Of a DNA stretch of 64,000 nucleotides, positions 38,605-45,143 are shown one piece after another. This stretch comes from a virus. The stretch is taken from positions 64,001 to 128,000 of IMG/VR virus record IMGVR_UViG_3300044712_002690; one strand, written 5' to 3'. The position numbers and the translations under genes are program-made. The stretch's first letter is position 1. Every line of letters begins with the position of its first letter. The notes under the pieces were generated by a model that saw only the letters and a program-made list of their open reading frames with translations, had not been told where the DNA came from and made no database searches.

Positions 38605-39120
38605 CTAAAGCATTGCTCCAACTTGTGGACTTGTTGTTACTCCTTGTTGTAAGAACGTTGCTGATGCCTGTTGTACAGCTTGTAACCAAGCTTCTTTAGT
38701 AATTAATGAACGAAGTATAGGAACTATATTCACTAAATTTGGATCTTGACTTCCTTGATTATATATTTCAATTCCTATCCAATCCATTGCTGGAATCGAA
38801 TCTGTTTGTGTTTTAGCTTCCTGAGGAACCATACCTTTTTGAGATATAAAATCGTCAATAGTTAATTTTGCTATATTAAGAAGCGTAGAATTAACTAATG
38901 TATTAAGATCTTGCTCAGGATTCTGTTGTATAGATGCAATTAACTTACTAATTTCACTATCAAGAATCTCTTGAGTTAAATCAGCATATTTAACTACTAT
39001 ATGAGCAAAAACAGTTTTATAAAATCTTTCAAGACAATCAGCTCTTCTTGTATCCATATATACTTCTCCTAGATAGATAATATATAAAGATAACATGAAG
39101 AGTGATTTTTTAAGTTTCAC
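38605..39120 (-). CDS. Hypothetical protein (likely start MDTRR at 39057)
   Basis: AGGAG RBS before the internal ATG. Confidence 0.65.
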   Translation of the reverse strand: MKLKKSLFMLSLYIIYLGEVYMDTRRADCLERFYKTVFAHIVVKYADLTQEILDSEISKLIASIQQNPEQDLNTLVNSTLLNIAKLTIDDFISQKGMVPQEAKTQTDSIPAMDWIGIEIYNQGSQDPNLVNIVPILRSLITKEAWLQAVQQASATFLQQGVTTSPQVGAML

Positions 39121-39133
39121 TGCTTCAAATAAA

Positions 39134-39361
39134 TTAAGCAGCTACTACTACATCTTTCTCCATACGATTAACACCAATAACTTCAAACTTCTCATCTTCA
39201 TTCCACTTAGCTTTAACAGCAGAAGCAGCAGCACCTACATCAGTAGCAACAGCTAGTTCACAGCGGTTGATAACTTTTCCTGTAGTGCGCGAGGTACGTT
39301 TAATGTCTACATGGTACAGGTTCATTATAAAGCTCCTTTCATTTAATTTATTTTGATACAT
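39134..39361 (-). CDS. Hypothetical protein
   Basis: AAGGAG RBS before MNLYHV. Confidence 0.6.
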   Translation of the reverse strand: MYQNKLNERSFIMNLYHVDIKRTSRTTGKVINRCELAVATDVGAAASAVKAKWNEDEKFEVIGVNRMEKDVVVAA

Positions 39362-39400
39362 TTAATATAAGAAACCTTTACTAATAAAGTAACTAGTATG

Positions 39401-39480
39401 TACCACGAGAGGGACTCGAACCCTCACCAATTAAGACTAGTTCCTAAGACTAGCGCGTCTACCAGTTCCGCCATCGTGGC
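39401..39480 (-). tRNA. trnL: tRNA-Leu(UAG)
   Basis: CUAGU-CUUAGGA-ACUAG; class II; A73. Confidence 0.92.
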
Positions 39481-39483
39481 ATG

Positions 39484-39556
39484 TGCTCAAGGTCGGGATC
39501 GAACCGACTACACACGGATTTTCAGTCCGTTGCTCTACCTTCTGAGCTACCTGAGC
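39484..39556 (-). tRNA. trnF: tRNA-Phe(GAA)
   Basis: ACGGA-CUGAAAA-UCCGU. Confidence 0.94.
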
Positions 39557-39561
39557 TCATG

Positions 39562-39635
39562 TGGATCGTCCCTGACTCGAACAGGGGGCCTAATGATTAT
39601 GAGTCATTTGCTCTAACCAACTGAGCTAACGATCC
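39562..39635 (-). tRNA. tRNA with CAU anticodon (elongator Met or Ile2)
   Basis: AAUGA-CUCAUAA-UCAUU; paired G1:C72; Met versus lysidine-Ile cannot be resolved by eye. Confidence 0.88.
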
Positions 39636-39641
39636 AAGAAT

Positions 39642-39716
39642 TGGGACTTCTCCGACTTGAACGGAGGACCTATTGCCTATCAAGCAATTGCTCTAACCAA
39701 ACTGAGCTAAAGTCCC
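39642..39716 (-). tRNA. trnI: tRNA-Ile(GAU)
   Basis: AUUGC-UUGAUAG-GCAAU. Confidence 0.92.
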
Positions 39717-39734
39717 TGTTTTGAAAGAAAAATA

Positions 39735-39908
39735 AACTAAAGGTGTGTTGCTACACCAAAGGAGACACATTGTTTATCCTAGCCAACACTTCCTGCGGGT
39801 CTCACAGGTCTTAGTTTTTACACTTGGTCAGTTTCGGAATGATCTCCACTCATTAAAGTATACAGTTTCCCAAGCTGCTGGCTACCTCTAAGCCCACTGC
39901 CTTTAGTT
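39735..39908 (-). ncRNA. Unidentified ~175-nt multi-stem RNA with two potential pseudoknots
   Basis: Closing stem AACUAAAGG/CCUUUAGUU and four internal stems whose G:U pairs favour the - strand. Confidence 0.6.
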
Positions 39909-39914
39909 ATTCTG

Positions 39915-39987
39915 TGGACCTGATCGGTTACGATCCGACTACCTCCTGCTTGCAGGGCAGGCGCTCTCCCAATTGAGCTACAGGCCC
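39915..39987 (-). tRNA. trnA: tRNA-Ala(UGC), atypical C33 and T loop
   Basis: G3:U70; CCUGC-CCUGCAA-GCAGG; T loop AUCGUAA. Confidence 0.88.
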
Positions 39988-39994
39988 TAATTAG

Positions 39995-40231
39995 TTAATG
40001 TTTTAGCTTTTCACCTTCTTTAATCATTTCTTCTATAACATTGTCAATTAAAGTAAAAAGTTCGTCACTATTTCTATCTAGTAAAGCAGCTACACCACTA
40101 ATTATTTTTATTTGAGTACTTATTTCTTCATCTTCGTCTTCACTTACAGGAAGATACATTGAAATTGTATTATCAGTACGAAGAACAAGTGCTGCATCAC
40201 CATCTTTTAATGTAATTTTTGTTTTACCCAT
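39995..40231 (-). CDS. Hypothetical protein
   Basis: AAGGAAG RBS; ORF between tRNAs. Confidence 0.6.
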   Translation of the reverse strand: MGKTKITLKDGDAALVLRTDNTISMYLPVSEDEDEEISTQIKIISGVAALLDRNSDELFTLIDNVIEEMIKEGEKLKH

Positions 40232-40256
40232 AAATGTCTTCCTTATGTTTGGTATT

Positions 40257-40330
40257 TGGATCGGGTGAGGGTCGAACTCACGACTCCTGCATTAAAAGTG
40301 CAGTGCTACTACCAACTGAGCTACCGATCC
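40257..40330 (-). tRNA. trnK: tRNA-Lys(UUU)
   Basis: CUGCA-CUUUUAA-UGCAG. Confidence 0.93.
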
Positions 40331-40391
40331 TTTCGTTTATTACTTTCCTTATCACTTTCCTTCATAAGGAAACCTCCTTTAAATTAAAATG

Positions 40392-40467
40392 TGTTCCTGA
40401 AGGGACTCGAACCCCTAACCTTCTGATCCGTAATCAGAAACTCTAAATCCAATTGAGCTACAGGAAC
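40392..40467 (-). tRNA. trnR: tRNA-Arg(ACG)
   Basis: UCUGA-UUACGGA-UCAGA. Confidence 0.92.
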
Positions 40468-40475
40468 TTAAAATG

Positions 40476-40548
40476 CGTCCCAGGAGAGGATCGAACTCCC
40501 GACAAACGGATTAGAAATCCGTTGCTCTTCCACCTGAGCTACTGGGAC
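40476..40548 (-). tRNA. trnR: tRNA-Arg(UCU)
   Basis: ACGGA-UUUCUAA-UCCGU. Confidence 0.93.
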
Positions 40549-40605
40549 AAAAAGCGTGTTGATATACTCAACACTAAAACCAACGATTTCCATCCAAATC
40601 GCTTG

Positions 40606-40677
40606 CTCTGGAGGCAAGGATCGAACTTGCGACCAATCGGTTAACAGCCGATGGCTCTACCGCTGAGCTACTCCAGA
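40606..40677 (-). tRNA. trnN: tRNA-Asn(GUU)
   Basis: AUCGG-CUGUUAA-CCGAU; G73. Confidence 0.94.
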
Positions 40678-40682
40678 ATATA

Positions 40683-41177
40683 TTAGATAAAAGGAGTTAA
40701 ATGCAATAACCTTTTAATTTTCCATTTGATATTTTTTATTAAGTAAATACTATATCTTACTATTCTTTTAACAGTCCATTTGTTTTTTATTTCAATTTCA
40801 TATTGACCATATTTAGTTTTAGATACTATTTGAAATGCATTGAAAAATTGATCGTTTGATCCCCATGGTACACCACAGTCATATTCTGTTCCATCTTTAT
40901 ATTCAATTGAAATACCTGTTATGTCTGAATGGTTAGTAACTCTTTTATATAAAGATACATATTCATCATTCCAATTTTTATATTGTAATGGTTTAAGGTC
41001 TTTAAATATGACATAAATCCACTCTGCACCATCACGTTCATCACCTTGTGTTACATTACAACACGAATAGTGTTTGTGAACTTTTCCAATATACCAATTT
41101 GAAATATGTTTAATATCTATTTTAGCAGTATCACAATTTTCAAAGATTAATACTACATTTTTCACTTCTTTAAACAT
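40683..41177 (-). CDS. Conserved phage hypothetical protein
   Basis: 164 aa ORF with AAGGA RBS. Confidence 0.7.
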   Translation of the reverse strand: MFKEVKNVVLIFENCDTAKIDIKHISNWYIGKVHKHYSCCNVTQGDERDGAEWIYVIFKDLKPLQYKNWNDEYVSLYKRVTNHSDITGISIEYKDGTEYDCGVPWGSNDQFFNAFQIVSKTKYGQYEIEIKNKWTVKRIVRYSIYLIKNIKWKIKRLLHLTPFI

Positions 41178-41198
41178 GTTCTATTATATCCTTGTATG

Positions 41199-41273
41199 CG
41201 AGGCTGAAGGGACTCGAACCCTCGACCTTCTGCGTGACAGGCAGACGCTCTAACCAAACTGAGCTACAACCCC
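41199..41273 (-). tRNA. trnD: tRNA-Asp(GUC)
   Basis: UCUGC-CUGUCAC-GCAGA; G73. Confidence 0.94.
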
Positions 41274-41279
41274 GTTTAT

Positions 41280-41552
41280 TTAAGAATCAGCAATCTCACT
41301 AGTAAAATAACGATTTTGTGAAACTGTAAGTGCTGTACAAAGACTACATTGCCAACATTTATGTTCCACCATCCATTTAGCATACTCTTTTAATTCTACA
41401 CCTTCAATTACTATCGAAACAAGAAGTTCTCCATTATCTTTTATTTCAATAGTAGGAAAATCTTCTTTCAAGTCAGCTAATACTTTAGCTTTAAGAGCAG
41501 TAGCACTATCCTTATCAGCACAAACTTTATCAAAAGCAAGAAGATCTTTCAT
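41280..41552 (-). CDS. Hypothetical protein
   Basis: AAGGAG RBS. Confidence 0.65.
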   Translation of the reverse strand: MKDLLAFDKVCADKDSATALKAKVLADLKEDFPTIEIKDNGELLVSIVIEGVELKEYAKWMVEHKCWQCSLCTALTVSQNRYFTSEIADS

Positions 41553-41573
41553 ACATTACTCCTTTAAAAATTG

Positions 41574-42058
41574 TGCCCAAGGCCGGAGTCGAACCGGCAC
41601 GGAGAAATCTCCATGGGATTTTACTTACCACTATAGCTTTCGCTACCAGTATTGCGCGTCTATTAAACTTTTTACTACTTATTTATTTAATGTGGTTCGT
41701 AGCCCCCACTCTTAATAGAATACTGTTTGTAGTCTGGACTTTGTCTTCACCATATTAAAGTACCACGACTGCCATATCACTGACCTCTATGTAGGCCACA
41801 GTCCTTATGACTTTAATTTAGGTGGTGCCCGTCAAGTCTCTACACGTTCCAAGCAGGTGAGGTATCAGATTATTTCTAATCTTCTCATTCTCCTTTTGCT
41901 TTCCTTACTTGGTTTCGCTCGGCGTTGGGTCATATAGATTCTAATTAAGATCTCTCCATATAGGCCGTTCACCGAATTTGAGCACTTACTACTAAAAAGT
42001 TTCCTTTTTAGCGACCCTTTAATGAGTCCCAGGTGTCTACCAATTCCACCACTTGGGC
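41574..42058 (-). tRNA. trnL: tRNA-Leu(UAA), split by a group I intron (exons 42025-42058 and 41574-41623)
   Basis: Joined exons give UGGGA-CU^UAAAA-UCCCA, class II variable arm, A73. Confidence 0.9.
41624..42024 (-). mobile_element. ORF-less group I intron, 401 nt
   Basis: P1 GACU/GGUC with U:G splice site; P2 CUAAAAAG-GAAA-CUUUUUAG; CUCAAAUUCGGUGAA, GUAGAGACUUGACGGG and AAGACAAAGUCC core motifs; terminal G. Confidence 0.9.
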
Positions 42059-42060
42059 AA

Positions 42061-42141
42061 AATAAAGTAAGGTCTAGCAAGTAGAAGTAGGGAGGTAACA
42101 TTTCAAGCGTTAACCTACTCCTATCCGTACCTTACTTTATT
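42061..42141 (-). ncRNA. Y-RNA-like element Y1 (downstream of Ro60)
   Basis: 13-bp terminal stem AAUAAAGUAAGGU/ACCUUACUUUAUU, GGUACGGA motif, 10-bp stem UAGGAGUAGG/CCUACUUCUA. Confidence 0.75.
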
Positions 42142-42153
42142 AGAATTCAGAAA

Positions 42154-43767
42154 TTAAATGCCCCCTTTAGCAAATTCAGAAATGATTGATGGTGCCGCTG
42201 AATCGAAGCCGCAAACATCAAGCATTCCAGGGTCTTTAGGATCTGCAATTGTAAATTGAGTTCCTACCATACCTACAACAGCTAATTTAGCATCTTTCAC
42301 ATGAGCGTTTCTATACTTTTTGAGTGCTTGGCTTGGTGCAATTCTTCCGGCCCAAGTCTCATTATCAGTATAGATTGTAAAAATATCAAAGTCTAATTTT
42401 TCTCTAAGAGCCCATTCCATCGGCAATGCACAATCTGTTCCTTCGAATGGAAGACCTGAAATTTTTCTAATAGTTTCATTCAATGACATTCTAGGAGTAA
42501 TGTCAAGGTGCATGAATCTACTAGAGAATCCCATAATCTCATAGTTCTTTTCTGTACGAGCAGTTACCATTGCCATACAAGCAGATGCTTCACGGCAAGT
42601 AACAATACCATACGCTCCAGAAATATAAGCTCCTCCCATTGAACCAGATACGTCAAGTGCAAGTAAGAATCTTTTATCTGTTGGTTCAATATTCTTGAAA
42701 CTAAGATAAAAAGCTTCTTCAAGTGCATCACGTACTTTACCAACAGGCTTCCAAGTAAGACTACCTTTGATTCCATGACCCATTGAATATGTTTTTAATG
42801 CAATGAGAATATTCAATGGATGCAGTCTACTTTTAGAAATATAATCCTGATTAGTTAATTTTCCAACCACACGTTCAATTTCATTAAACTTACCAGGACC
42901 AATTACTCCGATTGCAGTAAGTCTGTTAAGACTTCTCATTAATGCTGTAAGTGGAATATCATCAAGAGCTTCTGTCCAAATACTAACATTATTCTTCAGT
43001 TCAGTAGGCCAAGCATCTTGAGGAATTTTGTATTCCTTAATAAGCTTTTTAGCTTTTGCTACATCAGCTGTTTTAAGTTCATCGAAAGCATTAATAAGTT
43101 TCAATGCTTCTGATTTTTCTCCTTTAACAGCATACTTAAAAAGCTCATTATGAGCATCGGACACTGGTTTTACGTGTGCAGAACGAAGAACATCTCGATG
43201 TGTCCACTGATTTCCTGTTCCTTCAACAGTACGTCCTTGATATTTAACTAGTTGATATTCAAGTTTAGAAGGTTCCATTGCATACCAATTAGAAATAGCT
43301 TTACGTACTGACCTTCCCCAACTTCTCATTGTATCTACATAGTGAGTAAACATGAAAAGATGAGTACCTGTACGACAAATCTTAGGCATAGCCTTTGAGA
43401 TTTCAGTTTTGAAAGAACTATCTTTACAATTAGTAATAAGAGCTGCTAAAAGGAAAATAGCTTGATCATTTTTAGCTGCTCTACCTGAATCAGAAATTTC
43501 TACAATAGTTTCAAGTACACGTTTAGGGTCTTCATCTATACAAGCTAAGCAATTTGAGATGTTTAGCTTAGTAAGATCATTTTGAGTGACATAGTATGTT
43601 CCGCCTTCAGACCCAAGCACAAGGAAGCGTTGGAGCATCTTCCACTTATCTAGTACGAATGTGTACCCACCTGCATTATTCTTTGCCATTTCCTTTTCAC
43701 GACCAGGAATAGGCTGAGATTGAGGTGTTTGTTTAGAATCTTGAAAAGAACTGTAATTGACAGCCAT
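42154..43767 (-). CDS. rsr: Ro60 / TROVE-domain RNA-binding protein (Rsr-like)
   Basis: NNAGGY...LQRFLVLGSEGGTYY, YQGR...WTHRDVLR, HPL..L.AL..Y..G, vWA MIDAS LALDVSGSM, GTDC, YTDNETW; start MAVNYS after GAAGGAGG. Confidence 0.95.
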   Translation of the reverse strand: MAVNYSSFQDSKQTPQSQPIPGREKEMAKNNAGGYTFVLDKWKMLQRFLVLGSEGGTYYVTQNDLTKLNISNCLACIDEDPKRVLETIVEISDSGRAAKNDQAIFLLAALITNCKDSSFKTEISKAMPKICRTGTHLFMFTHYVDTMRSWGRSVRKAISNWYAMEPSKLEYQLVKYQGRTVEGTGNQWTHRDVLRSAHVKPVSDAHNELFKYAVKGEKSEALKLINAFDELKTADVAKAKKLIKEYKIPQDAWPTELKNNVSIWTEALDDIPLTALMRSLNRLTAIGVIGPGKFNEIERVVGKLTNQDYISKSRLHPLNILIALKTYSMGHGIKGSLTWKPVGKVRDALEEAFYLSFKNIEPTDKRFLLALDVSGSMGGAYISGAYGIVTCREASACMAMVTARTEKNYEIMGFSSRFMHLDITPRMSLNETIRKISGLPFEGTDCALPMEWALREKLDFDIFTIYTDNETWAGRIAPSQALKKYRNAHVKDAKLAVVGMVGTQFTIADPKDPGMLDVCGFDSAAPSIISEFAKGGI

Positions 43768-43785
43768 TTTGCTGCCTCCTTCATA

Positions 43786-43858
43786 TAAGATTAGGTCAAG
43801 TAGTTGGAATAGGGGAAACATTCTGAAGTTAACCTACCCCATCCGTACCTAAAACCTT
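43786..43858 (-). ncRNA. Y-RNA-like element Y2 (upstream of the Ro60 RBS)
   Basis: UUAGGUACGG...UUGACCUAA terminal helix with bulged A; UGGGGUAGG/CCUAUUCCA stem. Confidence 0.8.
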
Positions 43859-43860
43859 TA

Positions 43861-43985
43861 GGAACAAGGCAGGATTTGAACCTGCGACCAGCCCATTATA
43901 AGTGGTAACCTTTTCTCTTCCGTACCTTTCAGTCAATAGTTTGAAAAAAGGGTTTTAGCTGCTCTACCGCTGAGCTACTTGTTCC
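43861..43985 (-). ncRNA. tRNA-Y chimera Y3: tRNA-Ile(UAU)-like body with a 52-nt Y module inserted at 28/29
   Basis: Acceptor, D and T arms intact; insert 43906-43957 holds UUGACU-GAAA-GGUACGG; removing it gives GCCCA-CUUAUAA-UGGGC. Confidence 0.8.
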
Positions 43986-43988
43986 TTG

Positions 43989-44114
43989 TCCTAAGGGGAG
44001 GACTTGAACCTCCGACCCGTAGTGTGACCTGTTAACCTTAACCTGCCGTACCTTTCGGTCAAATAATCGGAAAAGGTATTTTAACTACTGCTCTACCAAC
44101 TGAGCTACCTTAGG
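43989..44114 (-). ncRNA. tRNA-Y chimera Y4: tRNA scaffold with a 60-nt Y-containing insert in place of the anticodon loop
   Basis: CCUAAGG/CCUUAGG acceptor, canonical D and T arms, GUAGU/ACUAC stem enclosing UUGACC-GAAA-GGUACGG. Confidence 0.8.
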
Positions 44115-44123
44115 ATATAAATA

Positions 44124-44191
44124 TAATTGGTCAAATGAGTTGCGATAGGATGCTAACACCATAAGTTAACCTATCACATCCGTACCAATTA
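44124..44191 (-). ncRNA. Y-RNA-like element Y5
   Basis: UAAUUGGUACGG...UUGACCAAUUA; UGUGAUAGG/CCUAUCGCA stem; UUAAC/GUUAG apical helix. Confidence 0.8.
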
Positions 44192-44194
44192 ATT

Positions 44195-44266
44195 CTGCGG
44201 GACTAGGACTCGAACCTAGACAACAGATTCCAAGGACCTGTGTCCTACCAATTAGACCATCCCGCA
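44195..44266 (-). tRNA. trnQ: tRNA-Gln(UUG), atypical C33
   Basis: U1:A72, G73; CAGGU-CCUUGGA-AUCUG. Confidence 0.88.
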
Positions 44267-44345
44267 ATAAGAAATACAATTATATCAGGTACTTTTTGAC
44301 TTCTACTTATAATATAAGATAAGTAAAAGAAGAAAGTAACTAATG

Positions 44346-44432
44346 CGGGCAGAGTAGGATTTGAACCCACGGAACCTTTAGATCCTCTAGTTTTCAAGAC
44401 TAGCGCCATAAACCAGACTCGGCCATCTGCCC
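44346..44432 (-). tRNA. trnS: tRNA-Ser(UGA)
   Basis: CUAGU-CUUGAAA-ACUAG; long variable arm; G73. Confidence 0.93.
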
Positions 44433-44436
44433 GATG

Positions 44437-44523
44437 CGGAGAGGAAGAGATTTGAACTCTTATCGGCCTGCCGGCCTACGCAGGTTTAGCAAACCTGTCA
44501 CTTACCAGTTAGTGTACCTCTCC
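44437..44523 (-). tRNA. trnS: tRNA-Ser(GCU)
   Basis: CAGGU-UUGCUAA-ACCUG; long variable arm; G73. Confidence 0.92.
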
Positions 44524-44528
44524 TAATG

Positions 44529-44602
44529 CATCGGGGACGGGACTTGAACCCGCAAATACCAACGTGAAAGGCTGGTGACTTTACCAATTTGTCTACCCCG
44601 AC
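44529..44602 (-). tRNA. trnE: tRNA-Glu(UUC)
   Basis: CCAGC-CUUUCAC-GUUGG. Confidence 0.92.
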
Positions 44603-44604
44603 AT

Positions 44605-44679
44605 TGGACCGTCAAGGAATTGAACCTTGCTGAAAAACTATCCTGTAAAAATAGCGCCTACCCAGCCGGCCCACGGTCC
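44605..44679 (-). tRNA. trnV: tRNA-Val(UAC), 8-nt variable region
   Basis: CUAUU-UUUACAG-GAUAG; GGACCGU/ACGGUCC. Confidence 0.82.
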
Positions 44680-44757
44680 ATAAAGCCTACTCTTTGTTTA
44701 TAGTGGCTGTTGGCAGCGTAATTCCACTACACGATTTAAAGCTAGTGCGTACTCATT

Positions 44758-44843
44758 TGGATGGGGAGGGATTCGAACCCCCAACGCTCAATCGAGTCCA
44801 GATTTACAGTCTGGTAGTGTCCACCAGTCTCACAAGCCCATCC
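44758..44843 (-). tRNA. trnY: tRNA-Tyr(GUA)
   Basis: CCAGA-CUGUAAA-UCUGG; class II; A73. Confidence 0.93.
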
Positions 44844-44852
44844 ATTTTCGTT

Positions 44853-44883
44853 AGGTTAATATATAAATTTTATATATTAACCT
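44853..44883. repeat. 31-bp palindrome (15-bp perfect arms, 1-nt spacer)
   Basis: AGGTTAATATATAAA-T-TTTATATATTAACCT. Confidence 0.85.
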
Positions 44884-44941
44884 GTTTTCAAATATCGTAA
44901 TATCAATATATAAACAAGTAAAGAAAAAACTAACTAGCAAT

Positions 44942-44975
44942 AAAAAAGCATGAGATTTGTTTCTCATGCTTTTTC
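44942..44975. terminator. Bidirectional intrinsic terminator
   Basis: AAAAAAGCATGAGA-loop-TCTCATGCTTTTT. Confidence 0.75.
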
Positions 44976-45114
44976 TTCCCATATACTTTGAATGAAGAAA
45001 TCACATGAGATAGACTCCGCGTTCCTTGGCTTGATATAAAGAACTAGGATCTATTGCTACTGTGAGCGATAGTGAATTAAACATATGATTTCTGGTCCTT
45101 TGCGTCATGTTTAT

Positions 45115-45143
45115 AACTTATATATCATATGGGATTTTGTCAA
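45115..45143 (-). promoter_or_regulatory. Possible sigma70-type promoter
   Basis: TTGACA-N17-TAAGTT on the - strand in an intergenic AT-rich region. Confidence 0.4.

Noticed and set aside
39735-39908. Hammerhead or HDV/theta ribozyme assignment
   Set aside because: UUAAUGAG...CGAAAC deviates from the CUGAUGA core and stem II does not align; the + strand HDV-like reading lacks a full P1
43768-43821. Longer Ro60 start given by the ORF track
   Set aside because: It lies inside Y element Y2; a strong GAAGGAGG RBS precedes ATG 43767 and homology begins at MAVNY
43921-44050. Reading Y4's 3' half plus Y3's 5' half as one YrlA-type permuted RNA
   Set aside because: The cross-unit acceptor would have only about 4 bp, whereas each unit has a perfect 7-9-bp internal acceptor stem and its own anticodon stem
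42061-44191. Repeated motifs as a CRISPR array; Cas4-like gene at 4649 as a cas locus
   Set aside because: Repeats are short, unevenly spaced and structurally covarying; no cas1/cas2 or constant direct repeats seen in the window
44681-44757. Spacer with a CUUUAAA loop resembling an ochre-suppressor anticodon loop
   Set aside because: No anticodon stem, T arm or acceptor stem
36085-44900. Track ORFs overlapping tRNAs or the intron (36085-36465, 36195-36440, 39398-39616, 40234-40446, 40453-40644, 41573-41758, 41865-42101, 44694-44900)
   Set aside because: They are read-throughs of GC-rich tRNA or intron sequence with no RBS or protein motifs
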